From: Squalus acanthias
Lineage: Eukaryota
NCBI GenBank assembly: GCA_030390025.1
Contig: CM059431.1
Span: forward strand, 127,908,001-127,972,000
DNA length: 64,000 nucleotides
Reading direction: 5' to 3'
The notes beneath the pieces are model-generated. The model was not told the origin of the DNA. It did not search any database and saw only the letters and a program-made list of their open reading frames with translations. Of the stretch, positions 36,443-49,069 are shown piece after piece. The translations under genes were made by a program, and so were the position numbers. Positions within the stretch are counted from its first letter, which is position 1. The number at the start of each line of letters is the position of its first letter.

Positions 36443-38161
36443 TGTAAGGGATTTCCCCTGACCCTGCGTGTCTCGTAGCCTGTGAGATTCACGCGGCTCT
36501 GTGCAGCCTGTATGTCAGTGCGGGTCTAGGCCTGGTTGCCTGTTCTGGTCTCCAGCCAGTCTGGGAACACTAGACACACCTGTGAGTGGTTCGAATCACT
36601 CTCCCTTACGGTTCTAGACACTGGACTTAGATGCGAGAGCAGTAATGGAGATAAAACTCATGTAGACTTGGTTTGAATGGTACGAAATGGAAAATCTTTA
36701 TTGCATGATACTTAAAATTATGAAATACATGTCATAAGCACAGATTAATGACAGTACAATCTTACAAACGGTTATATAGTCGATCTTAGGGAAACGAGGA
36801 ACGAACGGCACAACGTAAATAGGGGCACACATTACAAATATCCTTAATCTTTAAACCCTCCCCTATCAATATCTATCCTAAACTAGCTTCGTAGGATCTC
36901 GAGACTCATGCTCACCACTCGTGATAACTCGGAGAAATTCCGAATAGCTGATCGGATGTTTTTCACCGCAGCACCCACGTGTCGGTCAGGAGATCTCCTG
37001 GTCCCACTTGTTTACTTGCTTCTGCTGCTCCGGCTAGTAGGCTGGACCGTCTGCTGTGATGAAGACCTCTGTTGGTGGGTTTCACAGTTTAGTCTTGGAG
37101 CACCGTTGTCAATATCATTGATACGATGTGTTTTCCACGTTCCAACCTCCTTAGAAGTTTAAAGAGGAAAACTTCCTGGCGAGAAAACTTGGCTGATCGA
37201 CCTACAGGCGCGGTCGGGATTTACTGACCGTGGCGATGGATATGGTCTTCTTCTCTTCTCCTCTCATCTCATCTCATCTCATCTCATCTCGGGCCTTTGG
37301 TTCCGCTGCCAGTTACCAACATAGGTCTTCGTTACGCGACACGAGGTAGATCCGTACGGATCAGAAAGTTCAACAGTCTTTTCAGAAGAGGCAACAGGCA
37401 CGCAGAAACCCAACTACGAGTACACAGGAGCAGCCACGAGGTTACGAATCGACCGGATAAAACACAGGAGCAAGCGAGCGAACGCAGGAGCACGAACAAG
37501 AGCACGAGGCCAGAGGCAAGAGACAAGAGAGCGAGTGGACGGTTTGGGGCCTGCAATTATAGTGCAAAAATCTTCCGTTTCCCGCCCAACTATAATGTCC
37601 ATTCTTTTGTTTAGGGTTTGGCGCCCAAATGTCTTGTATGGGTGATCTCCGTCCTTAATGGGTTTCGGGGCTACTCATGAATGTTTGAGTACCTGTTAAT
37701 ATTTCTCCCATTGTTAAATCGGTCGGTGTTCTCCCTGGAGGGGTTTGGGGCTTCCAAGTGTCCTGTATAACTACCTGCTAACGGCTCTCTCATCGTAGAG
37801 TCGTTGGGAGTTTACATATTAATGTCCTTTGGATGGGCCCTTGATTACTCGGTACAATGGCTTTCCTTTGTACCTGGGAGACCGATTCCAGTATCTATGT
37901 TTATACTGCAAACCCATAATGTCTCGTGTATTATCTTCACTGTGCTGAATCGTTATCGATCTTGCACAAATGTTTAATGGAACGCCATCTTGTCTGCCTG
38001 TTGAAAAGTCTAGAATGTTCTGTCACGAGGTGCGGCGGCCATTTTACAGGCTGCTTGTGTCCAATTTAAACCTGCCAGCATTCTGCTGAAATAAAAGCTG
38101 TTTGAACGAACCTTTGTGTTTTCTCCTTATTAATCAAATCGCGATAATTGCGAATTCTACA
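36443..38161 (-). repeat. 5' LTR
   Basis: Minus strand TGTAGAATTC...CCCTTACA; copy of 28691-30397 plus 12 bp near 37769-37780; (TCTCA)n microsatellite inside. Confidence 0.97.
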
Positions 38162-38399
38162 GTAGGGAGTTCCAGGATTTTGACCCAGCGAGTGGCGATG
38201 AACTGGAATTTGCTGCCGATGGAAGTGGTGGAAGCGGAGACAGTTTTCAAAGGGAGACTGGATAGGCACTTGAAGGAAATCAACTTGCTGGGCTACGGGG
38301 ATAGAGCGGGGGAATGGGACTGACTGGATTGCTCTACCGAGAGCCGGCATGGACCCGATGGGCCGAACGGCCCCTTCTGTGCCGTTTTGACTCTATGAC

Positions 38400-41300
38400 A
38401 CGGGAGAGAACATGCTCCAGGTTTTTGAGACGCTGCACTGGAGGTCTTGGTGGAGGAGGTGGCTAGTAGGAGAGATGTCCTGTACCGCAGGGGGCCAGGA
38501 GGCCCTCCAGACACATGCTCAGAAGGCAGTGGGAACAGAAAGCCGTGGAGGTCAATGCCAGGAATCTAACCACGAGGACCTGGATGCAGTGCCGCAAGAA
38601 GTTCAATGAACTCTCACGGGTGGTCAAGGTCCATGAATGCATCTTCATCAACTGCATCACTAGTCTCAGCCACTGCTCAATTCACCACACTCCCTTCACT
38701 CACCTACGAACAATCTCTATCAATCAGATCTCATACCTAACATTCATAACTTCACCTCACCCTCACACATGTAGCACTGCTGCAAGCCTCACACCCACAT
38801 TTCACAGCCTGCACACACTGCCAGCTATTCCACCATGACAACCACATCACCCAAACAGGTTGTACGACACTCACTGACAAAGTTCCTTCTCCCTTGCAGG
38901 ACAAGGTGGCGCACAACCTGAGGCAGCAGGGGCTACCCATAGGGAGACCGGCACACCTGCATGTCCTAACCCCCATGGAGGAGATGATGCTGGCCTTTAT
39001 TGGAATGGCAATTGCTGAGGCTGTGGCCAGCAGCTGGGCTGAATCAATTGAAGATGCCGGTATCCTCATACCTAATCCTCCTTCTCACATCCCACTTCCT
39101 CCTCATTCCACAATCAATTCTGAGGGGGCTTGATCGGGTGGATGCGGGGAGGATGTTTCCACTGATGGGTGAGACTAGAACTAGGGGGCATAATCTTAGA
39201 ATAAGGGGCTGCCGTTTCAAAACTGAGATGAGGAGAAACTTCTTCACTCAGAGGGTAGTAAATCTATGGAATTTGCTACCTCAGAGAGCTGTGGAAGCTG
39301 CGACATTAAATAAATTTAAAACGGAGATAGACAGTTTCCTAGCTGATAAGGGAATTAAGGGTTATGGGGAGCGGGCAGGGAAGTGGACGTGAGTCTAGGT
39401 TCGGATCACCCATGATCCTATTGAATGGCGGAGCAGGCCCGAGGGGCCATATGGCCCACTCCTGCTCCTACTTCTTATGTTCTTATGTTATGTTCAAGCT
39501 GCAGATGGTGTAAGCATGCACCTCTTACTCTCCCCTCACCACAGCCTTACCCTTGTGCCTTTCTCCTTTCAGATACCCAAGAAGTGCTTCGTGGCAATGG
39601 AACAAGAAAACAATGATGATGACGACACGCTGTCAGTCGATTTCACACACGCAGCCACCAGCTCAGATACTGACACTGCGTGTAATTTAGAGGATAGTAT
39701 AGAGGCAGGATCTGCACATAGTGAGACACCGGGCACGAGTGGCCTACAGCCAGGGCAGGGGCCACGGATAGCGCAGGTGCCAGTTCGCACACGTGAGGTC
39801 GCACATGGGTTCCGCTACAGTGGTCTCAGATGAGAACTTCAATGGGGCTGCCTGCAGAAGAAGGCAGATGGGTATGCACAACAAAATGCTTGGTGCATTG
39901 GGAGGCCTGCCAGAAAGCCTTCGTTCAATGTCAAGGATCATGATGGAGTCCAGCACCAACTTGGCACAGGGCTTTGCGAAGAGCTTGGAGCCCATCGTTA
40001 CCAGCGTGGAAGTAGTGGTCCACTCCATTCGCACACTTGTGGAGCCAACCATGATGTAACGTCTGATGGCCAATGTCTCAGCTTCCATTGCAACACAAGC
40101 AGCAGCCAGCCATCATCTGGGTACTGCAGTGAAAGCTTAGACTGCTGTCATGCAGGGTCAGCTTGCTGCCATGCAAGTCCAGACTGCTACCATCATGGCT
40201 GTATTCAAAGGGACTTGCAGGGTGACATAGCAGTCCAGCAATCTGTCCTCCAATAGATTACTAGGATTGCTGAGGCACTACCCCGGGGGAGTGACAATGG
40301 CTCCATGGCGCACGAACCTGAGGTCCTCTCTCAGGAAGGCAGCATTCGTCCTCCCACTCCTGCCACTCCCCCAGTGCCCTTGCTGTAGCCTGTCAGCCAG
40401 TCATCCCAGATTGCTGCCGCCTATGCCGAGATGGTGCAGTCCGCAGCCGAGCCGTCCAGGCCCAGAGCTGCTCGAGGTCGTCCTCCAAGTCCATCTGCCG
40501 TCTCCCCCAGTGAAAGTCAGTGGCCTGCTACCAGCCATGCTGTAGCCACTGGGGTAGCACTGCGTAGGAACATTAGGACAGGCAAAGTCACATGGAAGAC
40601 AGGCACTAAGGGGATGCACAAGGTTGATTAGTTGACGTTTGTATGCAATATTGCATGGTTTCACTTATAATTTTGGGTTGGACTGTTTATTTTGTGTTGG
40701 CTTTTATTTTTGCATTGTGGCCAAGCGGATGCTGTGATGGTCAGTGACAGAGGGACGGTAAGGAGTGTGGGACTGTTGGTGAAAGAGGAATTGGGGTTGC
40801 AGTTACCAATATCGCACTCAAATTAGTTTTTCACAGACAGCCCGGCCAGAAAGGGGCTGTCTTGCTTGCCTCCTCTCTTCCTCTTCCTCCTCTTCCTCCT
40901 GATGCTTCTGCTCCTCAGTTGATTACAGCATAGCTGTTGGGAAGGGCTGTCCACTTATGATGGCGAGGTTGTACAGCATGCAGCAGACCACCACGAATCT
41001 TGACACCCACTGTGCCGAGTACTGAAGGGTTCCTCCAGGCAGCGGAAGTGTTGTTTCAGCATGCCAATGGTCTCCTCTATCACATTTCGTGTGGCAGCAT
41101 GGCACTCATTGTATGCATGTTGTGCACGTGTGCCATGTCCTTAGCGGAGAGTCCTTGTCGTCCAGTAGCCACCTTTGCTTTGCCATAGTGGCTCAAATGC
41201 AGCCTGCACAGTGGACTGCCGCAGAATGAAGACATCATGACTGCTGCCAGGATACCAGGCATTGATATGCATGATTCACTGCCTTTGGTTGCACACCAGC

Positions 41301-42404
41301 TGGACGTTGAGCGAGTGGAATCCCTTTCGGTTCCAGTACCTGGCAGAGTTGACATGCGGTGCTGCAAAGCGATGTGCGTGCAGTCAATGGCAACCTACAC
41401 CATGGGGAAGACTGCAATCCTCGCAAAGCCACATGGTCTCTCTGCCTGCTGGTCTCTGGCAAGAGAAAATGCAATGTAGTTATCTGTCTTTGAATAGAGA
41501 GCCTCAGTGACATCTCTTACGCAACAGTGCACTGCAAACTGCGAGATATTGCTAATATCTCCAGCTCCAGCCTGGAATTAGCCAGACGCATAAAAGTTTT
41601 TTGCCACGGTACCTTGACAGCCACTGGCAATGCAATCCTTGCCTTGCTCTGAGGATGCTATTGTGACTGCCGCAGATGACAGATTTCAGTGAGGACATCC
41701 TTATTGAAGCATAGGCACATTGTTCCTCGCTGTGGTTCAGGTAGGAAAATTGCTCCCTGAACACCCTGCACGCAAAAGGCCTCCTGCTGAGAACCCTTCT
41801 CCCTCCTCCTCCTCCCTCTTTCAGCAGCTTGTCCTGCCCTGTGTCACCTCTGCTCATTCTCCCAGTCATGCTGTATTCCAAGGGGAATATTTATTTATGT
41901 ATTCATGTATGGCAGCAACTGGTTTGTTCAGAAGTCAGGAAAAAGTCCTTCATCACTTGCCACACTTCTCCCTGTAGACCTTTGCAACTTCAAACAACTA
42001 TAGAAAGCACCAAACACTTGTAGAATCGTAGCAACAGCCAGAAGAAATCAACCAGCAACTAGGCTGTAAGTAGTTGATGATCCCTTTAAATAATGCTGTT
42101 AGGGGGTCCTCCCGGCTGCTTAAGGCGTGTTCAGCTGTGCGACGTTAAGAGAGGATGTTGGCTGGAGCCTGGAGCTCCAAAATAGCACCGCTGGCGTCAA
42201 ATCAGCGTTGCATGCTGATTGACGTCATGATCTCTGTCTGCTCCGCATACTTCTGGTGGATTTTAGCTGTGCGCGCGCTAACGACTTCACCAATATGGCG
42301 TCCAACGCGATTCAAGGCAGAAGTGCGCGCGCTCACATCGGACACCATTATGGTCGCCAAATGGCACCCAAATAAGGGGTGCTACCGATCCCAATTTTGC
42401 GCCC
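38400..42404. mobile_element. Decayed two-gene Harbinger element (Myb-like pseudogene + ~38400-40630; transposase pseudogene - ~40820-41870)
   Basis: WMQCRKKFNELSRVVK, QDKVAHN exons; LQYSAQWVSRFVVVCCMLYNLA transposase C-terminus; right terminus CCAATTTTGCGCCC. Confidence 0.8.
39122..39495 (+). mobile_element. Short CR1 3' end inserted in the Myb-like pseudogene
   Basis: TRGHNLRIRG..RRNFFTQRVVNLWNLLP; (TTCTTATG)n tail. Confidence 0.85.
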
Positions 42405-43249
42405 AAAGTATATTAACACCCAGTTGTGAGATTATGGTAAGTGTCTAATTTGTTCAGAACCCATAAGGATTTTAGTTGGAAAATTTCCTTCAGAGTATGC
42501 ACAATCTCCTTTCATATGCAACAAATAGCTATCCTTCATCCCAGAAGAAATCCATTGTTCAACAGTTTACCATATAATTGTGCTTCCACCCACATGCAAT
42601 CTAAAGGCCTTGGGCAAATCGTTACCAACCAATTATCTACAAACTCTGCTTGTGCCCTCTGAAGAATAATCAGGCTTCAATGTGCATAAGAAATGAATTT
42701 AAAGTATAGTGGAGAGAAAAAGGTCGACTGTAACAGATCGTTTCAAAAGTAATGAAGATATATTATATTCTTGAAAGAATTTCTGACAGCAAACCGTGGA
42801 ATTTTAAGTCTGCCAGTAATTAAACATGCTGGGCTAGAAATTCGAGCTGCCTCAGGACAAACCAATCTTGTAGTGGGGTCCTGAAAAGACGTTAAGCCCT
42901 TAATTGCATTTGTAAAGGGAATACAGCTGTTTCGAGCGTGGGCACTGGAAGATGAGTTTTTGCCCTTTCCCAATATGGTGGGCGGTACACTTCAGGCCAG
43001 AATCCTGTGCGTACTTCCTGCCCGTCATATTAGGGACTTAGTAGGTCTGTTAGCAGCTGAACTTATCAGCCACTGTATTGAGCGCTCCCCTAATGGCTCA
43101 GTAAGTCTATCTAGTGAGTAACTAAGCCATACAGACTGAGAATATTCTGGAAAACTTGGTCTTCAGAACTCTTCCATCACCCTTTGCTGGACTGGATGGG
43201 ACTGGTTCCTCAAGCTCTTACTGCTGCTCCTCACCATCATACACCTGTT

Positions 43250-44170
43250 CAGCCATGGCTCAGTGGTAGCCTTCTTTCCTCTGAGTCAGATGGTTGTGGC
43301 TTTTACTCCCACTCCCGCGTGTGGAGCACAAATTCTAGGCTGACACTTCGGCGTAATACTGAGGTAAACATAGAAACATATAAACATGGAAACTAGGAGC
43401 AGGAGTAGGCCATTCGGCCCGTTGAGCCTGCTCCACCATTCAATACGATCATGGCTGATCATCCAAATCCAGTACCCTATCCCTGCTTTCTCACACAGAA
43501 TCCCCATCGCGCCTGCACCGACACATATCCCACCCTATCCCCGTAACCCCACGTATTTAATTCCCCCTAACATATCCCATCCTATCCCTGTAACCCCACA
43601 TATTTAATCCCCCCCTAACACTAAGGGTCAATTTATCATAGCCAAATCAACCTAACCCGCACATTTTTGGACTGTGGGAGGAAACCGGAGCACCCGGAGG
43701 AAACCCACGCAGACACGGGGAGAATGTGCAAACTCCACACAGACAGTCACCCGAGGCCAGATTCGAACCCGGGTCCCTGGCGCTGTGAGGCACCAGTGCT
43801 AACCACGATGCCACCGTGTTGCTGCAGTGCTGCAGTGTCGGAGATGTCGTCTATCAGATGAGATATTAAATTGACGGCCTGTCTACCCTCTCAGGTTGCC
43901 GCAAAAGATCCCATGGCACTATTTTGAAGAAGAGCAGCGGAGTTCTCCCTAGTGTCCTGGCCAATATTTATCCCCCAGCCAACATCACTAAAACAGCTTA
44001 TCTGGTCATTAACACATTGCTGCTTTGTGGGACCTTGCTGTTTGTAAATTGGCTGCCGTGAGTCCTACATATAACAGTGATTACATTTCAAAGGTATTTC
44101 ATTGGCTGTAGCACACGTTGGAACATCCTGAGCTCATGAAAGACACTATAAAAATGCAAGTTCTTTATTT
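43250..44170 (+). mobile_element. tRNA-derived Deu-domain SINE (SacSINE1-like), split by another SINE
   Basis: A-box TGGCTCAGTGG at ~43255; Deu-like core GATGAGA..AAAGATCCCATGGCACT..GTCCTGGCCAA at ~43855-43965; L2-like tail. Confidence 0.65.
43366..43822 (-). mobile_element. V-SINE (HE1-like) with CR1-derived tail
   Basis: Reverse complement of tRNA head (GGTTCGAATC B-box) and V-domain GGAGGAAACCGGAGCACCCGGAGGAAACCCACGCAGACAC; CR1-type 3' tail near 43366-43500. Confidence 0.75.
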
Positions 44171-46736
44171 CCTCAGACGAGCTCTCTTATCTGCACTGAC
44201 CCTATAGATTTAGATTCTACCCTCCCTTGGCTCCTCATTCTTCTGCTAGATTACTGGATCCGCCGGTGTGCACTGGTAACTTCTGAGGCCACTACTCACC
44301 TCTGCTGGACCCCTAGATCCACTTCTGCTAGCTCATAGTCGACTCCTCCAAAGTCCTCTCTTTCCACTGGAGAGCCTGCAGCAATGCGCTGGAACTGTCC
44401 CTCAAACAGCTGCCGGATTCTCCACAACTGACTCCAAACCTAGACAATGGTCCAATGATGCTTCAAACTACAAGTTAACTTCATCCCACCACAGGACCTC
44501 AGACTTTAACTTTGCACTCTCTCATATTGTTTGCTCCCTATTCTCTGTTTACAATAAGGATCTGTCGCTCCTAATATCTGTCAAACCTATGTAGAGGAGA
44601 GTAAAATCGGGTGGGATGTAAAAGCAGCGTCACACCCGATCCTGTCAGTTTTTCAACGTGTGGGTTAGGTTAAAATTGCCCTCATGGTCTAAATGTCTGT
44701 TTTTAACCATTCACGCAGTTTCTCTCGGTGTTATGCCGATCTCCAGCTGGAGAAACCCATGTAAATTTCAGGCACCGGTTTATAGTGAGTAAAGGAGACA
44801 GCGTTATGGAACTGACAGAAAATTGAGTGAAGGATATAATGATGACATTATGCACTCATTAACATGTTTGTAGGTGGATTCTTCCTGGGGCCATCCAAAG
44901 TCTGATCGCCAAATCAGATGGAGAGAATAATGATCTGGAGGGTGAAATTTGTCTTGGACAGTAAGGCAAAACAGGTGACAGGGAGTCGGCACCCATGTTT
45001 GCACTCTGCCTGATTTTCTGCCGATTCCCTAGCGCCCATTTTACGCTACTCCCAAGACAATTTTCACCCCCTTAGTGTTGCTTACCTGTGCCCAATTTCA
45101 CAATTGGTCGTGCCCATTTTATGTTGAAAATTGGGCGTAAACAATTGGAAAATCTATGCTCAAGTGTTCAATATTTAAGGGAGGTATAACCTCAAACTAT
45201 AATTTTACAACACTGTTATTTCTAATTATAAAAATCTGAAAAATAAACACTTGGGAAGATCTGAGTTTGAAAATTATGATTATATTGACTTGCGCTGAGT
45301 CCAATCACTCATGAACCCATATTAAACTTACAACCTGATGAGGCTAAGCAAGGCAAAAGATAGTAGCCAGATGGCACTCCTGGCTTACATCTGGTCTGTC
45401 CATCTATGGGTGTCATTTTCTCAGCACCGACCTTCACTGTGTTCCCCATTTGGGCAACCATCAGGAAACTGTGTGCAAATGTTCAGCAATAACTTCACTC
45501 TAATACACCAACCTACATATACAGCTGCCTCACATCCTCACCTGCAGGTTGACCCTTAAAGGTACTTTGACATGACTTACTGTTCTGCCTGTGTCCTCAT
45601 GATCTGTTTGTTCACATCAGCCTTTCACACTGTCTCTACTGTCTTTCCAGGAAAAGATGGCCCAGAACAACAGAGAATCACAGGTCAGAGTGGGGGGGGG
45701 GGGGGCAGCCTTCTTTAGACCTTGGACACCCCACAAAGAACAAGTCCTTGATCGTCTGGGGAGGCCATCAGCTGAGGAAGTCGGAGATGGAGAAGTTAGA
45801 GAGAAGTTGCTGGCTGTCAGTAAGTGAACAAAATATGCTGCCCTAACATGCCTCCTTAGCAATAAACCTTGCCTTCCGACAGACACAATGCTGCTCCTGA
45901 TACATGTGCTATTGTTTATGTCACTCTGATGTCTCTCAACAATTCCTAACTCTTTCCATCTTCTCCTTCGTTATGCCATTCACAGCTTGGTGGCAAGTGA
46001 CAATGTTCCAGCAGATGCAAGCATTGGTCCAAGAGCTATCCACCTGGATCGGCCCAGATATCATGGAAAAGGAAGAAACAGAGGCTGATACACTGAAATT
46101 AAGTGTGGAAGAAGAGTGCATGGTGAAGCACGGGCAGATTGACATTCCTGAGCGGAGGGTCAGAAGATGTTATTCCTTGTTGAAGAGCCGCTTGCTTTCA
46201 AAAAAATTATTCTCACAGAGCATCACACCTCTTGTGCGGGAATGACGAGCAGTCTCCCAGAATTTACAGCAGCTGTCTAGCCAGCCAATGTGGCGCCCTA
46301 CGGGATGGCTTTGCATACCATCCCCTGGACCATGTAGCGGCTCTAGCCAGGCCTGTGATGGCTGCCTAGAACACATTCAGAAATGGATTCTACAATTGTA
46401 GTCATGAATACTGCAATTGAGGTCTTGGGTGACCACATCGAGAAGGCTGTCTCATCCGCTTTCACTCAAGTTGGCAAACACAAGATAACCATTAGGCCAG
46501 TCTTTAATGATCTGTCAGGTTCCATTCAGTCTGTCCTCAGGCAGAGCAGTGGCCTGACACTGCCAATGTCAACTCTCAGTGCACTGACAGGAAGGAGCCC
46601 TCCACATGTAGCTCAAAAAAGCAGGACCAGGTTGCCTAGGCAACAGTACAGCAGATACATCCTGAATTAGGTCTTTTGCAGGATGTTGGGGACTGCACGG
46701 ATAGTCCATCAATCCCAGGAGGCTCTTGGACACAAT

Positions 46737-49062
46737 GGCCCCAATATTTACTCAGAGACACATTGGGAACGGGGGAGGGGCGGTCAGATATCGTGTGGGA
46801 AACCCGCAATAAGTTCAGCACATCTGTCTGTGACTTTTTAACTCAGCCATGCATTAGCATTTTACTAAATAACAACAGAAAACGCTGGTAAAACTCAGCA
46901 GGCGAGGCAGCATCCGTGGAGAGAGAAACAGAGTATTTTAGCATTTTACTTCCGGGTTTGCCGTTCAATCAGCAGCAGCGGGCATGATAAGGACGCGCAT
47001 GAAGCAATCTCAATTCCAATATATAAAGGGCCAATCCAAAGATGCAATTTGGAGGAGTTGGGAGATTTGGAACAGAGACAGCAATCATAGATGATGAAAT
47101 CAGGACTCTCAAAGGCTGCGCCCTGCTTTAACGATGCCTCACTTGATGTGCTGCTGGGGGCTGTGAGGAGCTTCAGAGAGATACTTTACCCAAGCAATGG
47201 GAGGAAGAAACCTGCTGTTGTCACAAAGAAGGTGTGGTTGGAGGTGTCCCAGGAGGTGAGCAGCAGGAGCGTTGTGCCATGCTCCTGGATTCAGTGCAGG
47301 AAATGCTTCAATGACCTAACCAGGTCAGGAAAGGTGAGTATGAAGGGATTATTACTAGTCCTAGCCCCTTTAGGGCTACCCTGGATCAGGCGTATTCCCC
47401 AAACGTTCACTTTCAACTAAAGTTTGAGGTAGCTGAATCCTAAAGACGCTTAATTGGGTCTAAAGGTCTGGACCATCTCTCCCTAAAGGAAAGGAACAAC
47501 CTGAAAATGTTACTGTCCTCCAGATAGCACTTTTAATAAGTTTAGCTAGACTGTAACGGATATTATGAGGGGCCAGAAAACTCCCCCAGAATTCTGCAAC
47601 TCCTCACCAAAGAGTATACAGAAATTGAGTTTGCGTGTTTGATACAGAAGTATTATGTGAGACAATTCTAAAAATATATAGATTTATTAAAGAACCGACA
47701 TGTAATTTACAGTTGGTGAGTCAATCGCAACATTAACACTTCCTAAAAGAGAAAGCTTTACAATTCTATTATCAGAGATCCTTATTCTCAAATCTTAACT
47801 TCGCTATAGTTTTACAGTTCTTAGTCTTATTCAGGATATCCACCAAAGTCAAATACAGTACCTTGATCCCCGAGATACAAAGAGTTGTAGACTTACAGAG
47901 CCACCTCTGAAGCCTGAGAATCGCTTTGACCCTTTACAGCAATCTATTATCCCATTTGAGAGTTCAATATTTATACCCTTTTCCAGTGATATCTCCTTTA
48001 AGGTTGTCTGCTGATGTAAGCTAATTATCTCTAGTCATTTTTCTGCTGACCCCTGCAATTCTTAGTCACCTCAGCTGGTAGCAATACAGACTCGTGTCTC
48101 CTCTAGGTGTTCCAAGCTTACCATAAAAAATGGTGTAACAGCAGGTGCATTTTATTTGATGACATTTTTACTAAGGCCTTCTGTTTGTTTCTCTTTACGA
48201 AGTGTAAATTAGAATACCTTAACCAGGGTGATCTTTTGTTTTGTTCCGAAAGGTTCAGACTGTCAGGAGCCTTTAACCTTCTATTTCAATAAGGTTATTG
48301 ATTCAGTGTCAACAACTATCTTATCTCTATTGCCAGAATGCTACTACAGCTTTTTCAGTTAGGTTTCCAGATTTCCAGACCCAGTTTGTCATGTTTTAAT
48401 AAGGCCAGAATTCTTTCATAGAATGGTGTATTTTTCTGAATAGGTTTTATGGCTTATTCCTTCACAAGTACAGTTGCATATTCACCTATGACCTGCTGTG
48501 TGCATCATCCCAGCCTCTCACTCTGCCTTTTCAAGACTACCCCATCATATCACTCCATCACATCACTCTTCACACCCACTTACCTTGCACGCCCACCCAT
48601 CCTTCTCTTTCTATGCACTCAGTCACATCCCCATCTATCCATCCACCACTCCCACTCACCCTCATCCTTATGCAATTTGATGCCTCTCCCTGACAGTCAC
48701 CCTCACCAAATGCACTGCATCCATCGGGTGAACACATGCTATTACACTCGTTCATAAGTCTGTTCTTTCCCTCATTGCCGGAGAAGAGAGCACATAAAAA
48801 GAGGGAGAGGGAGAGAACTGAAGGTGGGCCTCCATGAAATCCCAGTTAACAAATGCAGAGGAGGAGGCGCTGGAGATCAGTGGAGTTTTGGTGTCCCTGG
48901 CCATCGGAGATGGGGAGATGGGTGCTCCCAGCTACCTGGTGACACAATTATATTTTAGCGACCCACATGCCATATGGTACTCAGTCATGTTGACTTGATT
49001 CCAACAGCGAGTGAAATATGATCATCTTCATAATGCGAAGTTGCAACTTCTTACCTTGCCAA
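46737..49062 (+). mobile_element. Harbinger left arm with Myb-like pseudogene, interrupted by a solo LTR and truncated at the minisatellite
   Basis: AAPCFNDASLDVLLGAV..WLEVSQ..WIQCRKCFNDLTRSGK|GTGAGT; colinear with the copy at 58961-60050. Confidence 0.75.
47341..48466 (-). mobile_element. Solo LTR (1126 bp)
   Basis: TG..CA ends, 4-bp TSD AGTA (47337-47340, 48467-48470); empty site AGGTGAGTACAGT seen in the paralogue at ~59461; TATAAA (47975-47970) and AATAAA (47688-47683) on minus strand. Confidence 0.85.
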
Positions 49063-49069
49063 GGGGGAG

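Larger units (their letters stand above)
28691..38161 (-). mobile_element. Young pol-less endogenous retrovirus-like LTR element (gag / readthrough ORF / Ig+F-type env); lokiretrovirus-like
   Basis: Two TG..CA LTRs (1707 and 1719 bp), 4-bp TSD GTAG (28687-28690, 38162-38165), PBS, PPT, gag and env; no PR/RT/RH/IN motifs in the 6045-bp interior. Confidence 0.95.

Noticed and set aside
36439..36492. N-terminal 18 aa (MNLTGY..) of the listed 621-aa gag ORF
   Set aside because: Begins at a GTG inside U5; the first ATG, in strong context, is at 36438
28691..38161. 1.7-kb direct repeat as an assembly duplication
   Set aside because: TG..CA ends, GTAG TSD, a reconstructable empty site, PBS and PPT show these are true LTRs
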